Assembly: GCA_965644295.1 (NCBI GenBank)
Contig: CBFFRP010000388.1
Coordinates: forward strand, 1 to 49,043
Origin: Paraphysomonas bandaiensis
Taxonomy: Eukaryota > Protista > Chrysophyceae
Length of the DNA: 49,043 nt
Direction of reading: 5' to 3'
Shown: piece after piece, positions 10,468 through 23,058 of the stretch
Position numbering within the stretch: position 1 is the stretch's first letter
How the letters are laid out: each line of letters opens with the position of its first letter
Position numbers and translations under genes: made by a program
The notes under the pieces: model-generated
The model's database searches: none
What the model saw: the letters and a program-made list of their open reading frames with translations, nothing else
Told to the model about the DNA's origin: nothing

Positions 10468-12042
10468 CTACGCTGCCCCTGTATACGCACTGCATGCACG
10501 TTCGTGTTGATCTAACGCATTTTTGACCAGCTCGCCATAAGTCTCAGCATCTACCACTAAATCTCCGCTATCGCAAAACTGATGAATTCAGTGAAATCAA
10601 AAACGGTACAATAAAAGTTTGAAGAGTAATATGAAGAAGTACAAAAACATGGATGGTACACTGTGACTGAGCAGGACTGAATATTTAATACCTTGTCTGA
10701 TTCTAGATCGCAAACAACTTTCGCCTTGTCCGTGTTGATGTGGCGCATGTACGGGCCACGCATGCCTAATATTGCTAGTGGATCTCCTGATGATATAGGC
10801 CACCCATCGTTGAGATACAGGGCGGTTGCAACAGATACAGAGGACATATAGAGAGCGTTAATCATACCCGACCCCTGAACTCCAACGAGTACTGAGAGGT
10901 GTTGAATTTGCTTTAAATCTTCTGCCACATTCCCTCTTATGCCGAATCGTACCCCCTCTGCAACAACTCTACATAAATCAGACATACCACGATCTTCACA
11001 CCACTGCTGCCCCGCGGTCTCAATGATACCTAGAAATTCGTCTTGATTGAAAATTCGCCTCCTGCCATCCCGAATAACAAGCCCAATAGTTTTACTCTGG
11101 TATTAATTGCACTCTTAGTAAATTCACAGTGAATACATCAATGCGTAGCTACCTTATTTAGACACAGGAGATGTTCCATAGATTTGTGGGTTTCGGAAAG
11201 AATAGAGACATCGTATGAGGTTCCATAGAGTGCTTTCTGCGATATATATCATCTCAATAGGAAACACATATGTTCGAGTCTAATGCACTCACTTCTCTAT
11301 AGGCCCGTGAGAATTGTCTCACAATAGTCGGAGACGGCTTATCAAGGGAAGGTACACCCAGTTGAACGTTAGCAAAACATACAAATCCATCTAATATATT
11401 CACTCTAGAATAAGTGCTAAAATCTATCATCCGCGAGATGTGGTTATGTATCGCACTCATATGTCCCGGAACAATTGCGTTGGTATCAAACAGTAGTTGA
11501 ATAGATTGAATCCAATATTTTCGAGAGTCTTTAAAAGCAGATGAATTAAGGTCAATGTTACCCTCAACATCAAAAGCAAACAAGAAGATTTGTGGGTCGT
11601 AACCCCACTTTGCCCGATACTTCTTCATAGCGCTCCAGAGGGGTAGTAATGTATCCGCATGAATGACGTAATAATTTGATCCCTCAGATTGATATGCCCG
11701 CTTATCATATGCAATCGGCAAAAATACACTATTCTGGATGATGGACGAGCACGCTGGTGTGAAATTTGACTTCTGTGATATACGCCACGATCTAACGACT
11801 GGAATAGGGTAGTCGCTACTAGTAAATACAGAACCTTCGAAATCTCGCCATAAACTCAAACCATGAACATTACACGAGGTAGAAATCGGCCATTGACCTC
11901 TTTCACATCTAATGATAGTGGAATCGTATGGAGGACAAGTCCCAAGAGATAAATTAGAAAAAACGTTGCTGCAAGTGTCAAAAGTACTGGTACTATTCAA
12001 CGGTATTAATATTAGTCCAAGTAGTACGTAATATAGCAGCAT
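10468..12042 (-). CDS. Glycosyltransferase family 61-like protein (multi-exon, N-terminal signal/anchor)
   Basis: Hydrophobic N-terminus. IGLVIRDGRRRIFNQ and LVGVQGSGMINALYM resemble the GT61 R..R.I.N and HGAGLTN motifs. Last exon reads FCDSGDLVVD...TGAA*. Confidence 0.65.
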
Positions 12043-12698
12043 CTCCCCTCAAATATATGCCTTTGAAAGATATCGAACTGAATTGCTAGAGAGAAATAAT
12101 GCAAGAAGACTTTAATCAGATGTGTGCTATACACAGCGGTATCATAACATCCATTAGCACAGAGCCCTATAGTACCATAAACGAAGATTTTCTACCTATT
12201 AAAGTTAAGTTCATAGAATGGATTGATAGCATGATATACGGCACTCAGGGTGTTGAATGTGCTGTCCAACGCAACAGACGGAGATCTGATGTAGATACAA
12301 TGGTGCCCCGATATTTCAGTTTACCTCTTCAAGATTTTATTTCAAAATTCAAACTCCAAATTTGGTGTATCATTTTTTTTGTACATAGATGTACTGTATG
12401 TATTCTGCATATTATACATGATGTATGTATGTGCAAGTGTCTGGAGAGGTGTGTGTGTAGCTGTAAAGGTGCTTAGAAATTAATGGGACTGGCGATTGCT
12501 TGAATTACATCCGACATAGAGCATATTTGTCCTCAAGGACAGTGTGCTATAGTATTTTTACCTCGGCGGCTCTACTGACACCAGTATCGTCTGTATTTAT
12601 ATACATTAGTGTGCATTTAATCGTCCCTGAGTAGTGTTATATTCTACTCTAAGTATATCGAATAACTCTTAACTCCATTTTAAACAACTATCATTTAC

Positions 12699-15100
12699 AT
12701 GTCAGAAATTCGAAGAGACGTACCTCTGTTCAATGAAACATTAAATTTGCATACAACATCTGCTTCACAGGAAGAGTGTGAGGTACCTCTAACACTTAAG
12801 ATATTACCCGGAAATAGACAGCATGGTAACCAACTAGAAAAGTTTTTACGATTTGAGGTTAGTTATAAAGTGTATTATTTAAGAATATGTGGGTAATGTT
12901 TACTTCAGATAACTGATGATGATGACCTATATTTCCTCTACACACTCGACGTAGGGGAACATGACTTTCATAACCTCAAACGTGACCAGAGATTAGTTAT
13001 TGACTTCTCCGGATTTTCGAAGAAGTTTATTGATCTTGTGTTGCAGTGTATACAACGTCAATCAATTAGTACTTCGTCGTATACTTCAACCTACATGGCG
13101 AAATTGGACCTGACATCTGGTGTCTTCTCTGTCATTGAAGTGAACGAGTTCAACCATGTAAATCACCTCTCTCTTCAGTTCCGTCCCGGTACCGACGCGG
13201 CTATAAAGTCATATCTAGCATCAAGCCTAAAGCTGGCGCTCTCTAAGTGTGCTGGATTGAGCAATGAAGTATTGACCCTTAAAGAGGAGTGTAACGATCT
13301 GGAGAGATCAGGCAGCGATATGTCAGCAGAACTTGGGAGCGTCAGGTAAATATATAGTATTATAGTGTTTGTATTATTGTTTATATATATTCCTATATTA
13401 ATTGGAGGAAAACTAATTGTCCCTTTAGAGATGCGCATGCACGAGAGATGCAGTCCATGTCCAATTCACACGCACAGGAGAAGAATATACTCCAGCAGCA
13501 GCATATGGATGCTGTAGAGACGCTACGTAGGCGATATGAAAGTGAAGCCAATGCACTTAGGGAATCTGCTGCGGCAGAGTATAAGGAGATATCTGATAAG
13601 ATTGGTCGGCTGGAGGAAATGTTATCTGGTGAGTACTTTTGTACTTCTTGTCATCTGTGTATGCCCGCCAATAGCATGCAACCGTTTTACATGACTGGAA
13701 TGATGTGGTATACTTATTTAGACGTCAACAAAGCGAAGATGGAGCTGGAGTTTTCATTGCGTCGCTCTGAGAGTGAGCTGGAGAAACTTAAGCCGGAGGC
13801 AGCCATGTACAAGTCGTCTATGACTGAGTCGCAGAATGCACTCAGAGACACAGAAAAGCAGAGAGCTCAGCTGGAACAGGCACTGGCTAGAAGTGAAGCC
13901 AAAAGGGAATCCTTGGAAATTCAACTTCAAGACAAAGATGAGGTCGGTGATTTGGCATGTAGTATCATCATTTCTTATTCAGTTGTAGATAATAAAGAAG
14001 GCTTCATCTTTACGTACTGCGGCTGATGAAGCTCGACAAGAGGCTCTAAAGCAGGTAGAGCTGTATGAGGGGGGTATGGAAGCTCTTCAGGAAAAGCTTA
14101 AGACTGCTGTGGCTGAGATATCAAGGGGAAATGAGGTATGTAAACGCTTGAACTGGCGTATTGGTATGATGGACTGGTGTAGAGCATTCGCAAGCTTCAG
14201 GAGGAGAGTAGTTCATATAGAGATAAACTGAATACTAAGAACGAAGTGATCAGGAAGCAAGAGTCTGTGATTAAAGATCTACGTGAAAGGATATCAGATA
14301 TGTCACGTCACCAGGCGTCAATGGAAGACTCTCTCAAGATATCTAATCAACGGCAGGAACTTCTTGAGCGGGAGTTAAGTGATGCTAAAAAGAGTATTGC
14401 TGAGGGTGCTGATATGGTACAGCGCAACCAGGAAGTGATCAATTATCTCAACGAGCTCGTTACTTCTCTACAGCTAGGGGGGACTTCCACTGTACCAGGT
14501 GGGGCATGGTCTACCCCAGTAGCAGATACACGACACCAGAGTTCACCCAGAACACAGAGCTATTCTCAAAAACAATACTCACCTGAAACTGGCGGTCATT
14601 ATATATACGAGGGAGAGGAAAGTGGAGGAGACAAATACCGGACTGACCCCTCGCCAAGTAGTATTGCAAAGGTGCCCTTCAGTCGAGTAAAGGAAACAGG
14701 ACGGGATAGTAGGGGCGATCCAGGAAGCAATGTTATTGCTGGGAGGGGGTCAGTAGAGAGGGTGCGGCTTTTTAATAGCAGTTTCGATGGGCAAGTTCCT
14801 GGGTCATCACCCGGCTATAGTTCCGGGGTAGCGTTGCCTCCTGCTCCCGTGCCACATAAATCCCCCAGTGGTCTTACAAGAGGCTACTACGATGGGCTCA
14901 TGGAAAGCCCAACGAAACGTGATTTACACAAGCAGAAGGATTCTAGTGGATCACCAAGTGGGATATCAGGAATCACTCGGAGCGCCAAGAAGAAGGTTTA
15001 TTCCTGGCAGCTGGACGACTTTGGAAGAGAGGATGAGGGGAAGTCTTCACGAGCCATGGGGGACGCAGGGGCATACCCGAGTCTCTTGAGTGCGGAATAA
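12699..15100 (+). CDS. SAS6: Spindle assembly abnormal protein 6 (centriole cartwheel), multi-exon
   Basis: After splicing, the N-terminus reads LRFEITDDDDLYFLYTLDVGEHDFHNLKRDQRLVIDF..F, the SAS-6 head domain. It is followed by a long coiled coil and a disordered tail. Confidence 0.92.
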
Positions 15101-16605
15101 GTCAATTCTGACATTGTGTGTGATTTACATTAATAATTGCCTTATGTAGTTTTAGGTCGAAAGAAGTAGCTGTTGATATTTCATTAATAATGTGATATTT
15201 TTGCTTCACTAGTAGCACAATGGAATACCAAACCACATTTAATATACACTATTTTATTGTGGTTTCAGCCTATCCATGTGTGTCTATAAAATATACTTCC
15301 CGATGTATATCACGATTGGTTCTTGAATAAGTAAGGGTGGTCAATAGTCAAGATTAAGTTTTCGAATACATCAACTTTCACGTCTTATACGTGCAGGATC
15401 TACTGACACTAGGGCAGCGTATCAAGTAATTGTCAATTAATTGACGCAGAACGCAGATTGTAGTCACGTGAATACAATGAATACCCGTTAATGTATATAA
15501 TGAAATATCAAATAGACTGAATAATTACCAAACTATACAAGATACGTGACAGTACAAGATACGGATATGTGTGTGGTGCTAATGCTCTGTTCAAACGTGC
15601 CTTACTATCTTACAATCATACTATTAAAGCTTACCCTTTATGTGAAGTTTATATATAATCAATCTTTATCTCTAATAATATACGAAGTGTATCTTTACTA
15701 AATACTAAATACTAAGACTAGCTATAAATCTTATTTGCAATTATTACTTTTGTTGTCCCAGTTAATCGAATTGCACTTCAATGGAGGATACTAAACACTA
15801 AACTACGTCTCAGTATACAGTAGCTACGTAGCTACCAACATACTATAACTTGCTCAACTGTTATTTCATCCCGTGACGACGATACATTAAGTCTATCCTT
15901 TTCTGTCCGGTCCGAGGTAGGTGAGGCTTTGTTGCTACCTTGAATCTTCACGACTGCTTTTGTCGATGCAGTGTTACGAATAATAGCAGAATTATTGCCT
16001 GTTGAGTTTTTTTTTTAGAGTAATTGAAAGCTGTAGTTATAAGGTATATAAATTATAACCGCTAAGAGTAGAATACAGTTGTGCTTAGCCGTATTATGAG
16101 AATTAATATAATGACGATATAAGTAATAAGTATAGAATAGATAGTAGTGAAATAATGGGATATAGTAACGATGCAAGGTAGTGACGTGGAAGTAAGATCG
16201 CACGAGAAATTAGAGATATCATGCAACATTTAGTAATATATCATGCAGCGAGGTCCCTCATCAACTTGAACCCACCGATGTCATGGCCCTTGGGAAGCTA
16301 TGGAATTGCACCGGACATGATCACGAGAAACTGTCCAATTCTCATTGTAATGCAACGTTATAATGTTATGTATTGCATGTATACAATATCTACATTTATC
16401 AATTGATGCTCCCATGTTTGAATGAAAATTTTATTTTTAACTAGGTGAATATCATAAAACCTAGTCATTGTAAACTGAAAATATGAATTATTAAATGACT
16501 AGGTTTTTACACCAATTTTGGTGTGACTAGGAAATTACACCAATTTGACTAGGTTCAATAATAGATCCCATAAATAGGCAGTCCTGACCCCTGACTGACC
16601 ACACT

Positions 16606-16818
16606 TGACATTGATGTCCTATTTACTAGCTTACCAATTCGTTATTAGTCTAAAGATTCTACGCTTTATCCATCCAGTCGACGAATATGGATAGTAGTAA
16701 TTAGAAAAATGTGTGACATTGATGTCCTATTTACTAGCTTACCAATTCGTTATTAGTCTAAAGATTCTACGCTTTATCCATCCAGTCGACGAATATGGAT
16801 AGTAGTAATTAGAAAAAT
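16606..16818. repeat. Tandem duplication, 108-bp period, 2 copies
   Basis: 16606-16710 is identical to 16714-16818. Confidence 0.9.
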
Positions 16819-17149
16819 TGTATGTAGAACATTAGAACCCTTTCGATTGTTGGTAGCAGTAACTGATCAAAATAACAAGCTATATCGATATGAGTATCAC
16901 GGAAAAATATGTCCAGGCATAATAAATAGAGTGATGTTATCCCGACGCATTCGACATGAATGACCAATACAAAAGCTTTCCTGCACATGTGTAAGCATAT
17001 TATTAACCATTATTATTCTACTCCCGTACACAAATGAAACGGGTAATAACAACAATCTGACGAACGATGTGTATATATCCAGCTGCCCTTAAAACGGCGA
17101 ATTTCATGGACAACTATGTAATATTTACCGCCCTCAAATTTTAGGTGCA

Positions 17150-18409
17150 TTACTGGAAGAACAAGTTGTCGCAAGCAACGCAGCACATATTAGTGCCTCG
17201 CTCCATGTAGAAGTATCCGTTCAATCCCCACGAATCGCCTTGAGAACATGATCAAACAGGTTCAAGTATCAGCAATACATACTCCAACTTACCCCATGAA
17301 TTACGAAGGATCCAATAGTCTTGCTTCGTTGTTTCATCGGTTCCCCACCCCACAATAGCAACAGCATGATTATGTTTGTCGGAAGGACAGTTGGCATCAC
17401 TGTAGATTCCCCCAGAATAATAGTAGAAGGAGTCTACGACCTCTATAGAGGTCTTAATGGCCGTGGTCATAAAGTACTCACAACCATCACCTCCTATGAG
17501 GCTCTTAAGGCAATCTTCATCCCCTACAGCACAAGGTGCAAACCACTCCTGTACGTACGCAGCGGCTTCTGAGTTGGAGTGTGCGCAGGAGGCTGTGTCG
17601 GTTGCGGTGTAGGGATGAGAAGTAGAAGATGGAAGCGCAGCGATATCCACAGCACAAGCCATTGGCTCAGAGGCTCCACCGCCCCCGCATCCATTACACT
17701 CCGTGCAACAATCAACCAAAACCTGTTCGGAGAGCTGCCAGGCGTCGCGATCGCTGGTGAGGGCGGCTGTACCGTTACTATCCACAGTAGACCAAAGGAA
17801 GTGAGACGCCTCTGCAGCAGCCATTGTGCCAAAGGCCCAGCAAGACCCACAGGAACCTTGCGTTATCATGCATACACATCACTACTAACGAGCACAGATA
17901 TCAATAACTACCTTGGTCTTTAATGGACGTGGAGAACGGGCGCAGGTCACAAGTATTGGGATTCTTCAGACCAGATAGATACTTCGATTTCGGTTCCGCA
18001 TCGGTGCTTCCAGATGCCTTCGACTTATGCTACCACACAAGAGAAGTATTATTGGCAAATATGTGTAGTATAGAGCAGCATATTGTACCACATCTACATA
18101 TGTTTCAGTCATTATATACTGCTTTTTACTGTGAGTATCCATATCAGAAAAGATATTAATTCCTTTTGAATAAGAATGATTGGCTTCATTCCAGTCGAAT
18201 ACATTTTCAACAGTGGAGGTAAAAATAGCGGAGTGAGCTGGGTCTTCAGAGGGGTTATAAATTTTATTAAAATATAATTTATATCGAGCGTACAGGTGTT
18301 CCATGGAGCCATTATCCGTTAATTGAAATTCTTTGCGTGTGTTAGGAAAGCCCAATGAGAGGGCGAGAGATGGAGTGGAGAGAAGGGTGATGATAGATGA
18401 GAGTTTCAT
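17150..18409 (-). CDS. Papain-family (C1A) cysteine protease with signal peptide and I29 prodomain, multi-exon
   Basis: QGSCGSCWAF, LSEQ.LVDC, NHAV, YWILRNSWG; prodomain GINIFSDM; last exon SWGLNGYFYMERGTNMC. Confidence 0.93.
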
Positions 18410-18713
18410 GGTTAATGTGTGTGATTATATGTGAGGGTTTTTAACTGATAGGCATAATATCAGTATCCATATACAGGTATACCTATACAGAGAGTACTGC
18501 AGTACACAGATTAGAGATATAGGAGATGGGAAATGTACTGTACGTTTCTGTCAACTTTTATCCACGCACTCGTTTTTCCACAAAAACACTCTCTCCACAC
18601 CCATTCCGACGACTCTCCAATTCTGACACGAGCATTCCACAAGCATTCCATTCTACCCCTGGCGGACTCAAATTATACCCACAACTCCATTACACTGTAC
18701 GATATGTAACAAT

Positions 18714-20255
18714 ATGGCTGCAGCTCATCACCACGATGGTGGCGATATATTCGTGTTTGCTCCTTCCGAGAATTTGGTGGCCGCTCACCTCCCATCACTC
18801 CGCGATGTTGTTCCAGAACACACCGTACTTCACGGTGGGCAGGAAAGGTTCAAATCGAACACAAGAAATCCACCACAAGATGGTGTGAGGTGTCCTGGGT
18901 GTCTTCATCATTATACCATCTGGAAGGGATTCCTGAAACACGTGCGCGCAAAGAAAGATGTTCGACGGCTACCAATAACAAATGACGAAGAAAGGGACGA
19001 CGTGTTCTACTGCAAAGCCGCAGAGATGAAAAAAGCAAGTAAAGATGATCGCTTGGAGTGCACTCGTTGTCTTGTGTGCATGTCGAGTGCGGAGTTGCAA
19101 GCAGCATTAAGGCACGACTGCCCCATCAGCAACGCCACCACATTCATACCTCCAATGGGCAGGTGCAAGGGTTGTGATTTAATTGTTAAAGTGAAGTGTA
19201 GCTGTCCCGTATGCAATGTGGCGCCCCATAGTGTTGAGTTTAGGATTCAGCCTGATCCGTGGTCGGATTGTCCCTACCCTAAGTATCCACAGCATGCTGA
19301 AGTCATCTCGGAGTACGATAAGAAGCGGCGACAGATTTACATGAATGCACTGGCCGAGCAGACTCGAATGAACAGCACTAGAGCGTCTTTTGAGGTCAAT
19401 AACTTTGCTCTAATTCATTTGAATAAACTCCTGCAAGAGCCGGATGGATACATTGTGCTGTCAGAGTTGGAGCGCCAAGCACCTGGATTTCTTGAGCGTT
19501 GCGGGGCATCAGATGCAGTTATGTCCAGAGTTCGGGAAGAACACCAGAAAGACCAGACGGACCAACGATCTTTTTTACTTCATCCCCATGCCACCTACCG
19601 ATTAGTTGAAACCATGAAGAATCTTGAGGCGGCCATTGATATGGATGTTCCGATTAAGTCTTTGATTGCAACCATTTCCCGACATAATGCTGTGCGCCTA
19701 TTAACAGAGGAGCAACGAAAGGCACTGGACGACGCATCTGTGCGCGCGGTTGCTTCGGCTCCACCGGAATATGTGGAGGGAGTTACAGACATTCCTAATG
19801 CAGACGATGGGTTGGCTGCCAAAAGACGCCGCATGGAGGAGAACGGTTGTGCTCCAACCAGTGCCCCTGAGCTGAGTGCAGTTGAACTCCAGGCCCGTGA
19901 GGAGACTGTGACTTTCCTGACATTCTTCAGACAACAGTTGTACGCTCACTTTGTTGCTTTAAATATAGGAAGAGAGGCCCAGGTGTTATATGAGGACTGC
20001 AAAGAAACAATCGCACGACTCCTCACCATCAGTGTCTCAGAAAACAAGCGGCTTGCGGACAGAATTTTTTCCCTGCTACATCCAGTGTCGGCTCCACTGT
20101 CGCCAAATAACGCGTACAGTCACGATACAGAGATGGACTTGAAAGGTTGTGTGGCTGCTGTCAATGCGGTGGTGGTTGTGTTGAGGCCTGATTTAGTTCA
20201 TGATTTGAATGAGCTGAAGCTGGAGCCCACTTCAGATGGCACTTTCCCGGAGTAG
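18714..20255 (+). CDS. Transposon-borne protein of unknown function, Cys/His-rich N-terminal half
   Basis: Intronless 513-aa ORF with ATG inside the left TIR. Contains CPGC..FLKH (C2H2-like), CTRC, CKGC and CPVC. Confidence 0.8.
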   Translation: MAAAHHHDGGDIFVFAPSENLVAAHLPSLRDVVPEHTVLHGGQERFKSNTRNPPQDGVRCPGCLHHYTIWKGFLKHVRAKKDVRRLPITNDEERDDVFYCKAAEMKKASKDDRLECTRCLVCMSSAELQAALRHDCPISNATTFIPPMGRCKGCDLIVKVKCSCPVCNVAPHSVEFRIQPDPWSDCPYPKYPQHAEVISEYDKKRRQIYMNALAEQTRMNSTRASFEVNNFALIHLNKLLQEPDGYIVLSELERQAPGFLERCGASDAVMSRVREEHQKDQTDQRSFLLHPHATYRLVETMKNLEAAIDMDVPIKSLIATISRHNAVRLLTEEQRKALDDASVRAVASAPPEYVEGVTDIPNADDGLAAKRRRMEENGCAPTSAPELSAVELQAREETVTFLTFFRQQLYAHFVALNIGREAQVLYEDCKETIARLLTISVSENKRLADRIFSLLHPVSAPLSPNNAYSHDTEMDLKGCVAAVNAVVVVLRPDLVHDLNELKLEPTSDGTFPE

Positions 20256-20781
20256 ACCCTTAGCATTGTGTCTTTTCTTATTAGTTTGTTTTCTTATTAT
20301 AGCCTGCTGATTCCAGATATAGCCTTTTATTATTATTGCTTTTCGCTGTTATTATTATTCAATCGTTGTCAAGAAGTTTTATATAAATTTTATTATTGTT
20401 AATTAATGTATTAATTATTAATCATATTATGTCATCACTAGAACTGTGTAATAATCACACATTCACCCAAATTTTTAATGGACTCATTTTGAGCCCAAAT
20501 TACACAAGCTTACTCTCATCACTATTGCCGTGAGCACTGCGCTTTCAATTTCGTATGAAACTAGTAACATATCATATAATTACAATGTGAAAAGTGAAAA
20601 GCATTCCACCGACATATAGCTAATAATATATTAAACAGATTAATATCATTTGCAAGGTATTGCAATATACTGTTCCAAATTACTTAAGAATAATAATTTA
20701 GAATAGTTAAGAATAAATAACCAGATTAATAAATACTAAGTGCAGCGCAGTCACAACGTGCACTACAACCACATAGCACCC

Positions 20782-21738
20782 CTATGATTGTTCACCGCGG
20801 TAAGGTGTGTACGGATACGTCGGGACATAAAAGTGTGCAGCTGCCATATACTGTTTGACGTCAAACCTACTAATTGTATCCAAAGCCGTCCTTAACCAAA
20901 ACTTTAATGAATTGGGCGTGACTTGTGGACTATGCTCTTGAAGAAACTTGTCCACGTAACTGAATACCCATTCCACTGGTGCAAAGGTAGGGGACGAAGC
21001 AGGACGAAAGACAACATAATGTCCAGCATCCGTTAGAGCTTTGACCACAACTCCAAAATGAGCACTCAAGCGATCCATTGTAATGACACGTCTCCCAGTA
21101 CCCTCAAGACTGGGAATTAACAGGTACACAACAAAGTGGTAGAATACCTCCGAAGTTGTGCCATGTGGATAAAATATGTTGTTGATCACACCTTTGCGAG
21201 CGTCGATAGCAACTAGCAATGAGTAGTGGGGCAGCATGCGGGCTTTGTTTCCAATAGAACTGCTTGAGGTGCTCCCAAGAGAGTGACCACAGACACGCCG
21301 TGAATTGGAGACGTAAAAGCCGCTTTCGTCTAGGTCCACAATGTCCCGATAATAAACCCCAAGCACACCCGGTCGCAGTGAATGATCAGGCGGATTGACC
21401 CAAAATGCCACTCTATCATTCTCGTCAAGATACTTGGCGATGTACTTCATATGCTTTTTCTTGAAACCAAGTCGGAGGAGTGCTCTGCACACTGTGGATC
21501 GGCTCACAGTCACGTTGCAAACAATTCTCAGAAACTCTGCGCATTCAAGCAGAGTGGTATCCTTAAAACAACATTTGTACCAAAACAATACTGTATATTG
21601 ATGCCTAGACAAACCATGTTGTGATATTCCTTCCTCTGCCTCAACAGGCTCATGCTCAACAAGTCTGTGATCAATTCGAAACACCGGATGATCATAAATG
21701 AAGTCTTCAGAAAGATCCAATACAGGAGCTGCAGCCAT
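20782..21738 (-). CDS. IS630/Tc1-like DDE transposase (DD33E)
   Basis: HTH-like VSRSTVCRALLRLGFKKK; LDESGF; MDRLSAH; SPTFAPVEWVF. 33 residues between the second D and the E. Confidence 0.92.
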   Translation of the reverse strand: MAAAPVLDLSEDFIYDHPVFRIDHRLVEHEPVEAEEGISQHGLSRHQYTVLFWYKCCFKDTTLLECAEFLRIVCNVTVSRSTVCRALLRLGFKKKHMKYIAKYLDENDRVAFWVNPPDHSLRPGVLGVYYRDIVDLDESGFYVSNSRRVCGHSLGSTSSSSIGNKARMLPHYSLLVAIDARKGVINNIFYPHGTTSEVFYHFVVYLLIPSLEGTGRRVITMDRLSAHFGVVVKALTDAGHYVVFRPASSPTFAPVEWVFSYVDKFLQEHSPQVTPNSLKFWLRTALDTISRFDVKQYMAAAHFYVPTYPYTPYRGEQS

Positions 21739-22754
21739 ATTGTTACATATTGTACAGTGTAATGGAGTTGTGGGTATAATTTGAGTCCGCCAGGGGTAGA
21801 ATGGAATGCTTGTGGAATGCTCGTGTCAGAATTGGAGAGTCGTCGGAATGGGTGTGGAGAGAGTGTTTTTGTGGAAAAACGAGTGCGTGGATAAAAGTTG
21901 ACAGAAACGTACAGTACATACTCTGCATATCTGGATATGCTGTTGTAGAATTCCTAGACAGACCTTCGCAGAGATACAATCATACAACACACCAGTACGC
22001 ATACACCAGTATACTTACACCAGTACACATTCAGCAGTACAAATACTCCAGTACACAAACACCAGGAGAGGTCATTGATTCCCACCATTTAAGATACTCT
22101 CTATTAGGGGAAGGTGAATACAGAATACAACCACTGTCAAGCCATTAATCATCATAGGCAACACTAAGTGTAGCTGCCAGCAGACATTGCCCTACTCGTA
22201 ACTACACTGCTTCTAGGGTGTGACGTTGAGTTCAGCCCTGTACTAGTAAACATGGTAATTTCCCACGGTTGCTTTGTTGCAAGCTATTGACTTACTTGCT
22301 GCAGTAGTATGTCACAAGCAAGTATCATCAAAAATACAATACAGTTTAGTAGAGACAATGCACTGCCATTTTGATATATGCACAAATTTACTGAGCTGGC
22401 AACACATATCCCGAACGTCGACAACTGATTCTTTTATGTTGATGCTGGTAGACCGTTGACATGACAGTCGATTGACATGCTACTATGTCGACATCATCAT
22501 TCATGCAGAGTGAGTATCAGCTCATGTAGCCAGGGAAGCGTGGGTTTTGACCGAGCTAGGACTACAGTTGTGAGGACCCACTCCATTCACTTTTGATAAG
22601 CGCCCGTGATTTGGCACTTATAATCCAATGTACCATAAGCTTTCGAAACAGTGTGAAACTATTCAGGCTTAAAGAAGCTTTCTCGTTTCTACCAGAGTAT
22701 TCAAGTAAAATGATTACTATGGAAAATAATAGCTTTCCATGAGTTCCATCATAA

Positions 22755-22922
22755 CAGCCGGCCTACTGAGGCGAATAAACAGCCATCCGGGAATGAGCCC
22801 ACCTCCGGGGTGTAGGACTGCCTACTAAAGTCAAGCATCCGGGCTCTTCACCTTAAGGACTCATACATCCTGAAGTCAGCAGAGGTCAGGTATTTCAACA
22901 TTCTGCTTGTTCACTGCGATGC
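22755..22922 (+). mobile_element. Internal fragment of the same non-LTR/SINE-like family
   Basis: TAAACAGCC..GCCCACCTC..CAAGCATCCGGGCT..TCACCTTAAG..TCCTGAAGTCAGC..GGTATTTCAACATT matches the reverse complement of about 39040-39200. Confidence 0.75.
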
Positions 22923-23058
22923 ATTGAGTATTACTGAAGGACTCTTTGTTTGTCACCACAAAAAGAGCAGTGTTCAAATTGCACATTTTACTAAATCTAC
23001 TCTCTGGCATACGTAAATCTATAACTTTTCCTGCACCACAAAGTGTACTTCCAAGAAT

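Larger units (their letters stand above)
18538..21914. mobile_element. IS630/Tc1-mariner DNA transposon with 189-bp TIRs and two convergent ORFs
   Basis: 18538-18726 is the reverse complement of 21726-21914 (one mismatch seen). Flanked by TA (18536-37, 21915-16). Encodes a DDE transposase. Confidence 0.93.

Noticed and set aside
18714-20255. Fanzor/TnpB nuclease associated with an IS630/Tc1 transposase
   Set aside because: No RuvC D-E-D motifs seen, and the Cys clusters are N-terminal rather than in the C-terminal TnpB position.
22755-22850. HDV-like, hammerhead or twister ribozyme in the GC-rich repeat
   Set aside because: Stems exist (GAGCCC/GGGCTC, GTAGG/CCTAC), but I could not fit a canonical catalytic core in both copies. 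An Infernal search would settle it.
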